DNA of 64,000 bases. Source: an uncultured Candidatus Rokubacteria bacterium (GTDB taxonomy: Bacteria; Methylomirabilota; Methylomirabilia; Rokubacteriales; CSP1-6). Where the stretch lies: NCBI GenBank assembly GCA_963789955.1, contig CAWBMV010000037.1:416001-480000 (forward strand), given 5' to 3'. A program made the position numbers and the translations under genes. The notes under the pieces were generated by a model, which was not told where the DNA came from, did not search any database, and saw only the letters and a list, made by a program, of their open reading frames with translations. How positions within the stretch are numbered: the stretch's first letter is position 1; each line of letters begins with the position of its first letter. Below are positions 55,435-64,000 of the stretch, piece after piece.

Positions 55435-56184
55435 TCAGCCGCGGCCGACGAACGGCATCTTGTTGGCCATCACGGTCATGAACAGCACGTTCGCATCGAG
55501 CGGCATCCGCGCCATGCAGAGCACCGCGTTCGCCACGTTCTCGACGTCCATCGTCGGCTCGATCATGGTCGTGCCGTTCGGCTGCGGGACACCCTTCGCC
55601 ATCCGCTCGGTCATCGGGGTCGCAGCGTTGCCGATGTCGATCTGGCCGCAGGTGATGTCGTACTTTCTGCCGTCCAGCGACGTGGCCTTCGTGAGGCCGG
55701 TGATCGCGTGCTTGGTCGAGGTGTACGGCGCGGAATTGGGCCGCGGCGTGTGGGCCGAGATCGAGCCGTTGTTGATGATCCGCCCGCCGCGCGGGTTCTG
55801 GTCCTTCATGATCTTGAAGGCTTCCTGGGTGCACAGGAACGAGCCCGTCAGGTTGGTGTCGACGACGGCCTTCCACTGCTCGACGGTCAAGTCCTCCAGG
55901 AGGCCGGCGGCGCCGATCCCGGCGTTGTTGAACAGGAGATCGAGACGGCCGAACGCGCTCTTGGTCTGGGCGAAGAGGGCGCGGATGGCCTGGGGATCAC
56001 ACACGTCGGTGGGGATGGCCAGGGCGCGAGAGCGTGCGTCGCCCGCCTCGGCCACGACCTTCTCGAGGGCGTCCTTGCGCCGTCCGGCGAGCGAGACGTG
56101 GTAGCCCTCTCTCAACAGCGCGAGCCCGACCGCCCTGCCCACTCCGCTTCCGGCACCCGTCACGATCGCGACTTTCTTGTCCAT
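55435..56184 (-). CDS. SDR oxidoreductase
   Basis: [36 protein letters not shown]. Confidence 0.93.
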   Translation of the reverse strand: MDKKVAIVTGAGSGVGRAVGLALLREGYHVSLAGRRKDALEKVVAEAGDARSRALAIPTDVCDPQAIRALFAQTKSAFGRLDLLFNNAGIGAAGLLEDLTVEQWKAVVDTNLTGSFLCTQEAFKIMKDQNPRGGRIINNGSISAHTPRPNSAPYTSTKHAITGLTKATSLDGRKYDITCGQIDIGNAATPMTERMAKGVPQPNGTTMIEPTMDVENVANAVLCMARMPLDANVLFMTVMANKMPFVGRG

Positions 56185-56310
56185 ATCTCGATCTCCTGAT
56201 GGCCTTTGATGGTCGATGTCGCCGACTCTACCACCGATGCGACGCTTTTTGCCGGGCAGACCGGCGAGGTTCTCGGGCATCATGGGGCACCCCTCGGGAG
56301 GCGAGAACGT

Positions 56311-57156
56311 ATGGGCCGGATCGTGTATGCGGCGGCGATGTCGCACGTGCTCTACCCCGACTACTACGGCCAGAACGTCGGGCCGCACGGACGGCGAATG
56401 GTCGAGGACCTGATCGCGGTGGTCCGCGACATGGGACGCACGCTCCTCACGACCGCGCCCGACGCCCTCGTGGTGGTCGCCGACGATCACCTGAACGTCT
56501 TCTCGTTCGACGCGATCCCCGCGCTCTGCGTCCGCGTCGGACGGTCGGTGAATCGCATGGTCCAGGACGACGCGATCGAGTTCGATCGCGCCCTCGACGG
56601 CCTGCCCGAGCGCTATCCGGTCCACGAGGACCTCGCCAACAGCATCCTGGAAAAAGGGATGCAGTCCGGGTTCGACTTCGCGGCGTCGTGGTCGGCGCCG
56701 CTCGATCACGCGTTCCTGAGTCCGGTCTCGACCCTGTACGGCGATCGACCGGTGCCGCCGCTCGTCCCCTTCTGGGTCAATTGCTTCGTGACGCCTCAGC
56801 CGACCGCGAAGCGCTGCTTCGAGGCGGGGCGTCACATCGCGCGGGTCGTGGCCGAAGGTCCGTGGAATGTCGCGATCATCGCCACGGGCGGGCTCAGCCA
56901 CTTCCCGGAGCTCTCCCTCGCGCGCGTGGGCCAGTCGGATCCGGTCTTCGACCGCCGGATCGTCACGCTGATGGAAGCGGGCGACCACGAGGCGATGACC
57001 GCGCTCACGGCCAAGGAGCTTCACGACAGCGGGTCGCACGAGCTGCTCAACTGGCTCGTGCTCCTGGGTGCGGTGAGTCCGGCGCGCGCGACGGTCCGCT
57101 TCTTCGGCGAGATGGGCCGCGTGGATCTGGCGGCGCTCCAGTGGGACGTGGCATGA
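56311..57156 (+). CDS. Class III extradiol ring-cleavage dioxygenase beta subunit (LigB-like)
   Basis: [31 protein letters not shown]. Confidence 0.85.
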   Translation: MGRIVYAAAMSHVLYPDYYGQNVGPHGRRMVEDLIAVVRDMGRTLLTTAPDALVVVADDHLNVFSFDAIPALCVRVGRSVNRMVQDDAIEFDRALDGLPERYPVHEDLANSILEKGMQSGFDFAASWSAPLDHAFLSPVSTLYGDRPVPPLVPFWVNCFVTPQPTAKRCFEAGRHIARVVAEGPWNVAIIATGGLSHFPELSLARVGQSDPVFDRRIVTLMEAGDHEAMTALTAKELHDSGSHELLNWLVLLGAVSPARATVRFFGEMGRVDLAALQWDVA

Positions 57157-57368
57157 GCCGCTACGAGACGAACGTGGTGCTCTACCGCCTGAAGAAGGAT
57201 GCGGCCTTCCGCGACCGGTTCCGCGCCGATCCTCGCCGGGCGCTCGCCGACGCCGATCTCACCGACGAGGAGCGCGAGGCGTTCGTGCGCTGGGATGCGC
57301 GCAAGCTGAACGACCTCGGCGGCTTGCTACACCTCCTGATCTCGATCCCCGGCCTCGGCGCACACTGA
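57153..57368 (+). CDS. Extradiol dioxygenase small subunit (LigA-like)
   Basis: [10 protein letters not shown]....LT.EER.A....D...L; ATGA overlap with the LigB-like gene. Confidence 0.8.
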   Translation: MSRYETNVVLYRLKKDAAFRDRFRADPRRALADADLTDEEREAFVRWDARKLNDLGGLLHLLISIPGLGAH

Positions 57369-57374
57369 GCGGGG

Positions 57375-57497
57375 CTACTTCGCCTCGGCGGCGCGCTCGG
57401 CCGCGAGCGGCTCGTCGTGATGAGCCGCGAGCTTGACCTCCAGGACGGCCGCCAGGGCGACGACGAGCACGAGCAGGGTCAAGACGAACTTGGGCAT
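57375..57497 (-). CDS. Small (40 aa) single-TM protein
   Basis: GAGGAGG SD; MPKFVLTLLVLVVALAAVLEV hydrophobic helix. Confidence 0.5.
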   Translation of the reverse strand: MPKFVLTLLVLVVALAAVLEVKLAAHHDEPLAAERAAEAK

Positions 57498-57678
57498 GTT
57501 CCCCTCCTCTGCGTCGTGCCGTGGCAAGAACGATGCCGCCTCAGCGGCTCTGACCACACCCGCGTGGATTCAGCCGGTTACACGCTCGCGACACGGTATC
57601 GATGCCCAGACTCCGGGCGCGCCCGGGCGCTCTTCGCCTGAAGATCGGGCGCGCTGCCCGAGGCTGCTGGCTTCACAT

Positions 57679-58848
57679 CTAGAGCTCGCGAAGAGCGGAA
57701 GCGATCTGGGCGCGCGCCGCGCGCACGGCCGGCGGCACGCCGCCGATGAGCCCCATCAGCAGCGCGAACGCGAGCCCCATCGCCAGGAGACCGGGCGTGA
57801 CCCTGAACGCGAAGGCCAGGTGCGAGAAGGTCTGCCAGTTGATCGTGCCCGTCGTGAGGCCGTTCAGCGGCAGGACGACCACGCAGCCCAGGAGGCCGCC
57901 CACGAAGGCGATGCAGAGCGACTCGACCACGAACGACACGACCACGCTCCCGCTCCCGAACCCGAGGGCCCGGAGCGTGGCGATCTCGCGCGTGCGCTCG
58001 GAGACCGCCGAGTACATCGTGTTCAGCGCGCCGAAGACGGCGCCGATGCCCATCACGATCGCGATGATCGAGCCGAGCACCGTGATCAACGTCGTCAGCT
58101 GACGCGACTGCTTGGCGTAGTAGTCGATCTCGCGGTCGATCTGCACGGTCACGCGCGGATCGGAGGTCAGCGCGTCCTTGAAGGAGGTCAGCGCGTCGGG
58201 CGACGTGAGGCGCACGGTGGCCGACTGGAACATGTTGAGCGGACGCTGGTAGACCTGCCGGAGCACGCTGTAGTCGCACCAGAGCTCCGAATCGTACGCG
58301 CTGCCGCCGCTGTCGAACACGCCCACCACGGTCCAGGTGCCGCCGCCGAAGCGCACGGTCTTGCCGAGCTCGAGGCCGTCGTAGCTCGCGGCCACGTTGC
58401 TGCCCACCAGCAGCTCCGACAGCCCGGGCTGGAAGGCGCGCCCCGCGACGATCTTCACGGTCGGCCGGACGGTCAGCGCCTTGGGCGATACGCCGCGGAC
58501 CTGAGCGTTGCCGTCGACGCCGCGCCCCTTGAGCGGAAACGAGGCGATCACGACGACCTCGGGGCTGACCAGCGGGCCGCCATCGCCGCGCTCGACTCCG
58601 GGCGCGTCCTCGACCACCCGCACCTGCTCGAGCATCACGCTGCTGTCCATCTCGGACGTGGCGCCGGCGCGCCGGACGATCGCGTTGCGGGCCGATCCGG
58701 AGGCCACCAGGGTGGCCTCGAAGCCGCGCGCGAGCGAGAGCATGGCCACGAAGACGCCGACGGTCCCGGCGATGCCGAGCACGGCCACCACGGTCGACGT
58801 CCATCGCGCGCCGAGACTCCGGACGTTGTAGACGATCGGGATGGCCAT
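57679..58848 (-). CDS. ABC transporter permease (MacB/FtsX family)
   Basis: NTMYSAV.ERTREIATLRALGF, GG..PA.RAAR. Confidence 0.92.
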   Translation of the reverse strand: MAIPIVYNVRSLGARWTSTVVAVLGIAGTVGVFVAMLSLARGFEATLVASGSARNAIVRRAGATSEMDSSVMLEQVRVVEDAPGVERGDGGPLVSPEVVVIASFPLKGRGVDGNAQVRGVSPKALTVRPTVKIVAGRAFQPGLSELLVGSNVAASYDGLELGKTVRFGGGTWTVVGVFDSGGSAYDSELWCDYSVLRQVYQRPLNMFQSATVRLTSPDALTSFKDALTSDPRVTVQIDREIDYYAKQSRQLTTLITVLGSIIAIVMGIGAVFGALNTMYSAVSERTREIATLRALGFGSGSVVVSFVVESLCIAFVGGLLGCVVVLPLNGLTTGTINWQTFSHLAFAFRVTPGLLAMGLAFALLMGLIGGVPPAVRAARAQIASALREL

Positions 58849-58849
58849 C

Positions 58850-59990
58850 TTAGATCCGCCTCAGCGCGTCGACGACGCGCAGCCGGCTCGCGGACAGCGC
58901 GGGAAGGATGCCGGCCGCGAGACCCACCCCGAGCGCCAGCATGATCCCGGTGACGAGCGATCGCGGCGACACGTAGAAGAACGGCATCAGGCCTCCGGTC
59001 GGATCGCCGCGCAAGGTGAAGAGCTTCGCCAGGCCGAGACCCACGCCGCCGCCCACCACGGCGACCGCCATCGTCTCGACGATGACCAGCGCCAGCACGA
59101 AGCCGTCGCGGAAGCCGACCGCCTTCAGCACCGCCAGCTCGCGCGTGCGCTCGCGGACGGCGATCGCCATCGTGTTGCCGGTCACGAGCAGGAGCGTGAA
59201 GAAGACGACGCTGCCGACGCTCATGATCAAGAGCTGGATGTTGCCCATCTGCTTCACGAACGAGGCCGCGAAGGCCTTCTCGGTGTCGGTCTTGGTCTCG
59301 GTCGGCGAATTCGCGAACTGATCGTCGATCGCCTTGCACCAGGCGGACCGCGTCGTCGGGATTGGCGATCCGGATGACGTACCAGCCCACCACGCCCTTC
59401 GTGAACGTCTTCCGCTCGTCGAAATAGTCCCAGCGGAACCAGAACTGCGTGGTGTCGTCCTGAGGGCGCCGCCCCCGGTAGATGCCGCGGATGTTGAACT
59501 CCCAGCTTCCCGGGAAGATCGCGCCCTTGATCGGGATGCGGTCGCCGAGCTTCCACTTGAAGCGCTCGGCCAGCGCCTCGCCCACGATCGCGCCCTCCTT
59601 GTCGCCGAGGAACGCCTGCCACTGGTCGTCCGGCACGAGGAACTCCGGGTACATCTCGCGATAGCTCTCGCGATCGACGGCGAACTGGGGAAAGAAGTTG
59701 CGTTCGTCCTGGTACACGCCGCCGAACCAGTTGGCGAACGTGACTTTCGTCACGCCGGGGATCCGGGCCAGCCGGTCACGATAGGCGAGCGGCAGCGGCT
59801 GGATGATCGAGACGCGGTTCAGCACCACGAGACGATCGACGCCGGCCACGTCGACGCCTTGCTTGAAGGCGCCGTCGACCGCGGCCAGGATGCCGAAGAG
59901 AAAGAGCGCCACCGCGAACGATCCGGCCGTGAGCGCCGTGCGCGTTTTCTTTCTGAGCAAGTTGCTGACGACGAGATGCAGGTACTTCAT
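58850..59990 (-). CDS. ABC transporter permease (MacB/FtsX family), frameshift near 59335
   Basis: NL.RKKTRT.LT, WFGG.Y.D, GNTMA.AVRERT.ELAVLKA.GF. Confidence 0.9.
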
Positions 59991-60007
59991 CGATTACGCT
60001 GGCTATC

Positions 60008-60733
60008 TCACCGCGCGCCGCCCGCGGTCACGGACTCGACGAGCACGCCCTTCTCCAGATGGAGCACGAGGCGCGCACGCTCCGCGGCCAGCGGGTCGTG
60101 GGTCACCATCAGCACGGTCTTGCCGTGCTCGCGGACCAGGCGGTCGAGCAGATCGAGAACCTCGTCGGCGCTCTTCCGGTCGAGGTCGCCCGTCGGCTCG
60201 TCGCAGAGCAGGAAGGTCGGGTCGGCCACGATCGCGCGCGCGATGCCCACCCGCTGCTCCTGTCCACCCGAGAGCTGCCGCGGATAGTGACGCATCCGAT
60301 CGCCCAGCCCCACGACCTGCAGCGCCGTTTCGACGTGTCGCCGCCGGTCCGCCTTCGAGAGGCTCGTGAGCAAGAGCGGCAGCTCGACGTTCTGAAACGC
60401 GGTGAGCACGGGAATCAGGTTGTACATCTGGAAGACGAACCCGACGTGGCGGGCGCGCCAGGACGTCAGCTTGGCCCCGGACATGCGCGTGATCTCGTCG
60501 CCCGCCACCGTGACGCTGCCGGCCGACGGCACGTCGAGCCCGCCGAGCAGGTTGAGCAAGGTCGTCTTTCCCGAGCCGCTCGGCCCCATGAACGCCACGA
60601 AATCGCCGGCGTCCACGTCGAGATTGAGCCCTTGCAGCACGTGGATCTCCTCGCCGCCCCGGCGATAGGTCTTGCCGAGCCCTCGCGCGATGATCAGGCC
60701 CTTGCCGTCTCCGCGACCATCGATGCTGACCAT
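60008..60733 (-). CDS. ABC transporter ATP-binding protein (LolD/MacB-type)
   Basis: GPSGSGKTT, LSGGQEQRV, DEPTGDLD, MVTHD. Confidence 0.95.
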   Translation of the reverse strand: MVSIDGRGDGKGLIIARGLGKTYRRGGEEIHVLQGLNLDVDAGDFVAFMGPSGSGKTTLLNLLGGLDVPSAGSVTVAGDEITRMSGAKLTSWRARHVGFVFQMYNLIPVLTAFQNVELPLLLTSLSKADRRRHVETALQVVGLGDRMRHYPRQLSGGQEQRVGIARAIVADPTFLLCDEPTGDLDRKSADEVLDLLDRLVREHGKTVLMVTHDPLAAERARLVLHLEKGVLVESVTAGGAR

Positions 60734-60802
60734 GCATCTCCTGTTGTATCGGCACGCCTCAGCGACCGGGAGCCCCGGCCTACAGCGGCACGACCGTTCT
60801 GG

Positions 60803-62012
60803 CTAGCGCTTCACGCGTACGGCTTGCCCGTCGCGTAGTTGCTTGGCTCCGGTGGTGACGACCTGCTCGCCGTCCGAGAGGCCGGCGATGACTTCCTGGT
60901 CGTTGCCGCGCGCCTGGCCGAGCCGCACCGCGCGCCGCTCGACCTTTCCATCGCGATGCACGAACACCGCCGGTCGTTCCACCCTCGTCGACCAGCGCGG
61001 CGCGCGCGATCAGCACCCGTCCCGCGGTCGCGGGCGCGGCGCGCTCCTCGCCGAGGAACGTGACCTTGACGCCCATGTCGGGAAGAATGCGCGGGTCGAG
61101 GCGGTCGAAGGTCGCCCGCACCTTGACCGTCGCCTTCTGGCGATCGGCCGTCGGGATCACCGTGCGCACCTTGGCCGGGATCTGCCAGTCCGGGTAGGCG
61201 TCGAGCACGGCCGTGACCGGCTGCGCGGCCTTCACCCGCGCGATGTACGACTCGTTCACGTCCACCTCGATCTCGAGCGAGGCCATGTCGACGATCGTGG
61301 CGATGCCGGTGCGCGTGAAGCCGCCGCCGGCGGAGACCGGCGACACCATCTCGCCGCGCTGCGCGTCCTTGGAGACCACGATGCCGCCGAAGGGCGCGCG
61401 CACCGTGCAGTTGTCGAGATCCTGCTGCGCGACCTTCACCCGCGCCTCGGCGGCGCCGACCTGCTCGCGGGCCAGCGCGATCCTCGCCTTGAAGCTGTCG
61501 ACCGCCATCTTGGCCTGGTCGCGGCTTTGCTCGGCCACCAGCTTGCGGTCCCAGAGCTCCTCGACCCGCTTCAGCTCGCGCTCGGCGTTGTCGAGGTTCA
61601 CCTGCAGGTCGCCCAGGGTCGCCGCGGTGGCGGCACGCTCGGCCATCGCCGAGATGAGCCGGGCCCGCGCGTCGGAATCGTCGAGCCGGGCGAGCACCTG
61701 ACCCGGCTCCACCTGCATTCCCTCGTCGACGTAGATCTCGTTGACCCGCGCCGTGATCTTGGCGGCGATGGTCGCCCGCTGGCGAGGCGTGACGTACCCG
61801 CTGGCGTTCAGCAGCGCCGCGCGGCCTCCCTTGTCGGCGCGTGCGGCCGCCACCTCGACCTCCGGAGGCTTCTCGCGCAGCGCGACGAACAGCACGGCGG
61901 CGACCGCGAGCAGCACCACGAGCCCGATGGCGATCGCGCGCCAGCCGAGCCGCCGCGGCGCACGCCGGGCGCGCTCGTCGATCCGGAGGGCCGAGAGATC
62001 GGGGCTGCTCAT
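60803..62012 (-). CDS. Periplasmic adaptor (MFP, MacA-like), frameshift near 60970
   Basis: LNASGYV, RAPFGG.V, EVDVNESYI, IPTADRQKATVKV, ILPDMG. Confidence 0.92.
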
Positions 62013-62091
62013 CAGCCCAGGGTACCAAGTCCTCGCGGGGCGCGCCCGCCGGGAGACATTGTCGGATACTCTACCGGCAAGGAGGCGTCGC

Positions 62092-63096
62092 GTGAACCAA
62101 CCGTCGGGGCTCGTGCGCCTGGTGCTCGTGCAGCTGGAGAAGCTCGGGGAGATGGGCTTGCCCCGCGACCTGCTCCTGCGCGAGGCCAAGATCGACGAGC
62201 GCCAGCTGCGCGATCCAGACGGACGCATCCCGCTCGACGCGGTCACGCGCCTCTGGCACGCCGCCGCCTCGCGCGTGCCCGACCCGGCGTTCGGACTGCG
62301 TATCGGCGCACAAACCTCGGTGCGTGAGTGGGGCCTCGTCGGCTATGCGGTCGCCCACAGCAGCACCCTCGGCCACGGCCTCAATTGCTTCGCCCACTAC
62401 AGTCGAGTCGTCTCGGACGCGCTGGTCGTCCGGATCGACGCCGAGCGCGACGCGGCCTGGGTGCGACTGGACGTCCAGCCGGCGCTGCGCGCGTTCAGGC
62501 CCGCCGTCGACGCGCGCCTGGCGGCCCTCTTGTCGGCGTGCCGCGAGATGGTCGGCGGGCCGGTGACACCGCTCCTCGTCCAGCTCTCGTACCGACAGCC
62601 CGCCGACGTCAAGGAGTACGAGCGATTCTTCGGCGCGCCACTGGAGTTCGGCTCGCTGGCCTCGTCGTTTCTCCTGCGGAGCGAGGATCTGACGCGACCG
62701 GTCGCGGTCGCGGACCAGACCCTGGTCGGCTATCTCGAGACCCTCGCCGACCAGAAGCTCGCGAGCATCGGCACGGAGCGCTCGCTTCGCGAGCGGGTGC
62801 GCCGCGCGCTGTGGTCCGAGCTGAGCGAGCGAACACCCACCCTGGAGGGCGTCGCCCGCAGCCTGGGAGTCAGCGCGCGGACGCTCCAGCGGCAGCTGCG
62901 GCAGGAAGGGGCCAGCTTCGCGAAGCTCCTGGCGGAGCTTCGGCGCGAGATGGCGCCGGCGCTCTTGCGCGACGGCCAGTACGGTGTTTCCGAGGTGGCG
63001 TTCCTCCTGGGCTACGAGGATCCGAGCGCGTTTCGCCGGGCATTCCAGCGGTGGTTCCGACGCTCGCCCCGATCCTTCCGCAGCGCCACCGACTGA
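62092..63096 (+). CDS. AraC-family transcriptional regulator
   Basis: DP.FGL, G.VGYA...S.TL, A..LG.S.RTLQRQL, EVAFLLGYEDPSAF.RAF.RW. Confidence 0.93.
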   Translation: MNQPSGLVRLVLVQLEKLGEMGLPRDLLLREAKIDERQLRDPDGRIPLDAVTRLWHAAASRVPDPAFGLRIGAQTSVREWGLVGYAVAHSSTLGHGLNCFAHYSRVVSDALVVRIDAERDAAWVRLDVQPALRAFRPAVDARLAALLSACREMVGGPVTPLLVQLSYRQPADVKEYERFFGAPLEFGSLASSFLLRSEDLTRPVAVADQTLVGYLETLADQKLASIGTERSLRERVRRALWSELSERTPTLEGVARSLGVSARTLQRQLRQEGASFAKLLAELRREMAPALLRDGQYGVSEVAFLLGYEDPSAFRRAFQRWFRRSPRSFRSATD

Positions 63097-63191
63097 CACC
63101 CTCCCAGAAAGCGCCGCTGTCGTCGCCGACCCGAAACTTGTCGCCCGCGGCCACGGTGCACCGGCCCGAAGCTCGGTAGCATCAATGAAGT

Positions 63192-63575
63192 ATGGGCGCC
63201 TCGATGTCCGAGCTCGCAGGCCTTCACGTTCTGGTGATCGACGACGACCAGCTGGCCCGCCATTTCCTGCGATCAGTGCTCGAGTTCTCGGGCGCGGTCG
63301 TCACCGCCGCCAGCACCGGGGATGCCCTGCGGGCCGCGCTCATCGCCGACGTCATCGTCTGCGACCTGGCGTCGGCGGAGGCGGCCGGGCGCGAGTTCAT
63401 CGTGCAACTCCAGCAGGTGCACGTGCGCCTGGGTCGCAGTGTCCCGGTCATCGCGCTGCTGCCGGCCGGCGTCCGCAGCGCGCGCACCCGTGCCGCCGGC
63501 TTCCAGATGCATCTGATGAAGCCCGTCGACGGCGACGAGCTCCGCGCCGCGGTGCTCGAGATGGCTCGCCGCTAG
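63192..63575 (+). CDS. Single-domain response regulator
   Basis: VLVIDDD, VIVCDL, AAGFQ.HL.KPVD. Confidence 0.8.
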   Translation: MGASMSELAGLHVLVIDDDQLARHFLRSVLEFSGAVVTAASTGDALRAALIADVIVCDLASAEAAGREFIVQLQQVHVRLGRSVPVIALLPAGVRSARTRAAGFQMHLMKPVDGDELRAAVLEMARR

Positions 63576-63613
63576 CTCCACACCGCTCCGATCGTCCCGC
63601 GGTCCGCCGAGCT

Positions 63614-64000
63614 CTAGAGCGCGATCAGCCCTTGTCGCACGCCGAACGTGACCGCCTCCGTGCGGCTCGCGGCGCCCAGCTTGGCCAGGATCGAGGCCAC
63701 GTGGAACTTCACCGTCTGGCTCGAGATCCCGAGCCGCGCCGCAATGGTCCGATTGCTCATTCCTTCAGCCAGCATCTCGAGGATCTCGAGCTCGCGTGGT
63801 GTCAGCACCGGCGCGCGATCGCGGCGCTCCGCCGCGCGCGCCTCGGCCGACGCCTTGCAGCGCATCGGGATGAAGGACGACGAGGCCGGCTTTGGCGGCG
63901 GCGATCGCCGCGCCGAGCTCCTCGGCGGTCGCGTCGTCGCGAAGGACCGCGCGAACCCCCGCGCGGCGCGCCTGGGCCGTCCAGGCCGCGAGCGGATCAG
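63614..64000 (-). CDS. LuxR/NarL-family regulator (5' truncated, frameshifted)
   Basis: LTPRELEIL..LAEG.SN..IA..LGIS..TVKFHV.SIL.KL. Confidence 0.9.
   Translation of the reverse strand: MIRSRPGRPRRAARGFARSFATTRPPRSSARRSPPPKPASSSFIPMRCKASAEARAAERRDRAPVLTPRELEILEMLAEGMSNRTIAARLGISSQTVKFHVASILAKLGAASRTEAVTFGVRQGLIAL

Overview
High-GC (roughly 70%, judged by eye) bacterial chromosomal window. Gene content and intergenic repeats suggest a Ca. Rokubacteria/Methylomirabilota-like soil organism, but that is inference only. About 20 single-base frameshifts fall in otherwise conserved genes, most likely long-read assembly errors. Contents in order: (1) TAXI receptor, Pit transporter and DUF47; (2) a nitrogen-assimilation region with ureD-G-F-E-C-B-GNAT-ureA, urtEDCBA, an ANTAR regulator, glnA-amtB-glnK and a sigma54 two-component cluster; (3) mnmG; (4) a coenzyme F420 cluster (LLM, cofG, cofH, HU, cofD, cofC, cofE, npdG); (5) TusA plus an IscS homologue lacking the PLP lysine; (6) ExeA/GspB, GGDEF, HD-GYP and a Pro/Glu-repeat membrane protein; (7) thiolase/DUF35 and a molybdo-hydroxylase/LigAB catabolic island; (8) a MacAB-type ABC exporter with AraC, REC and LuxR regulators. 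The most notable non-obvious signals are: three sigma54 promoters each with a pair of TGC-N11-GCA-like boxes exactly 30 bp apart; an ANTAR-type twin hairpin in the urtA leader; a dispersed repeat family whose three copies each end in GCTACA-ATG on a gene start, one expanded into a chain of ATGA-coupled mini-ORFs; and the lysine-less IscS/TusA pair.
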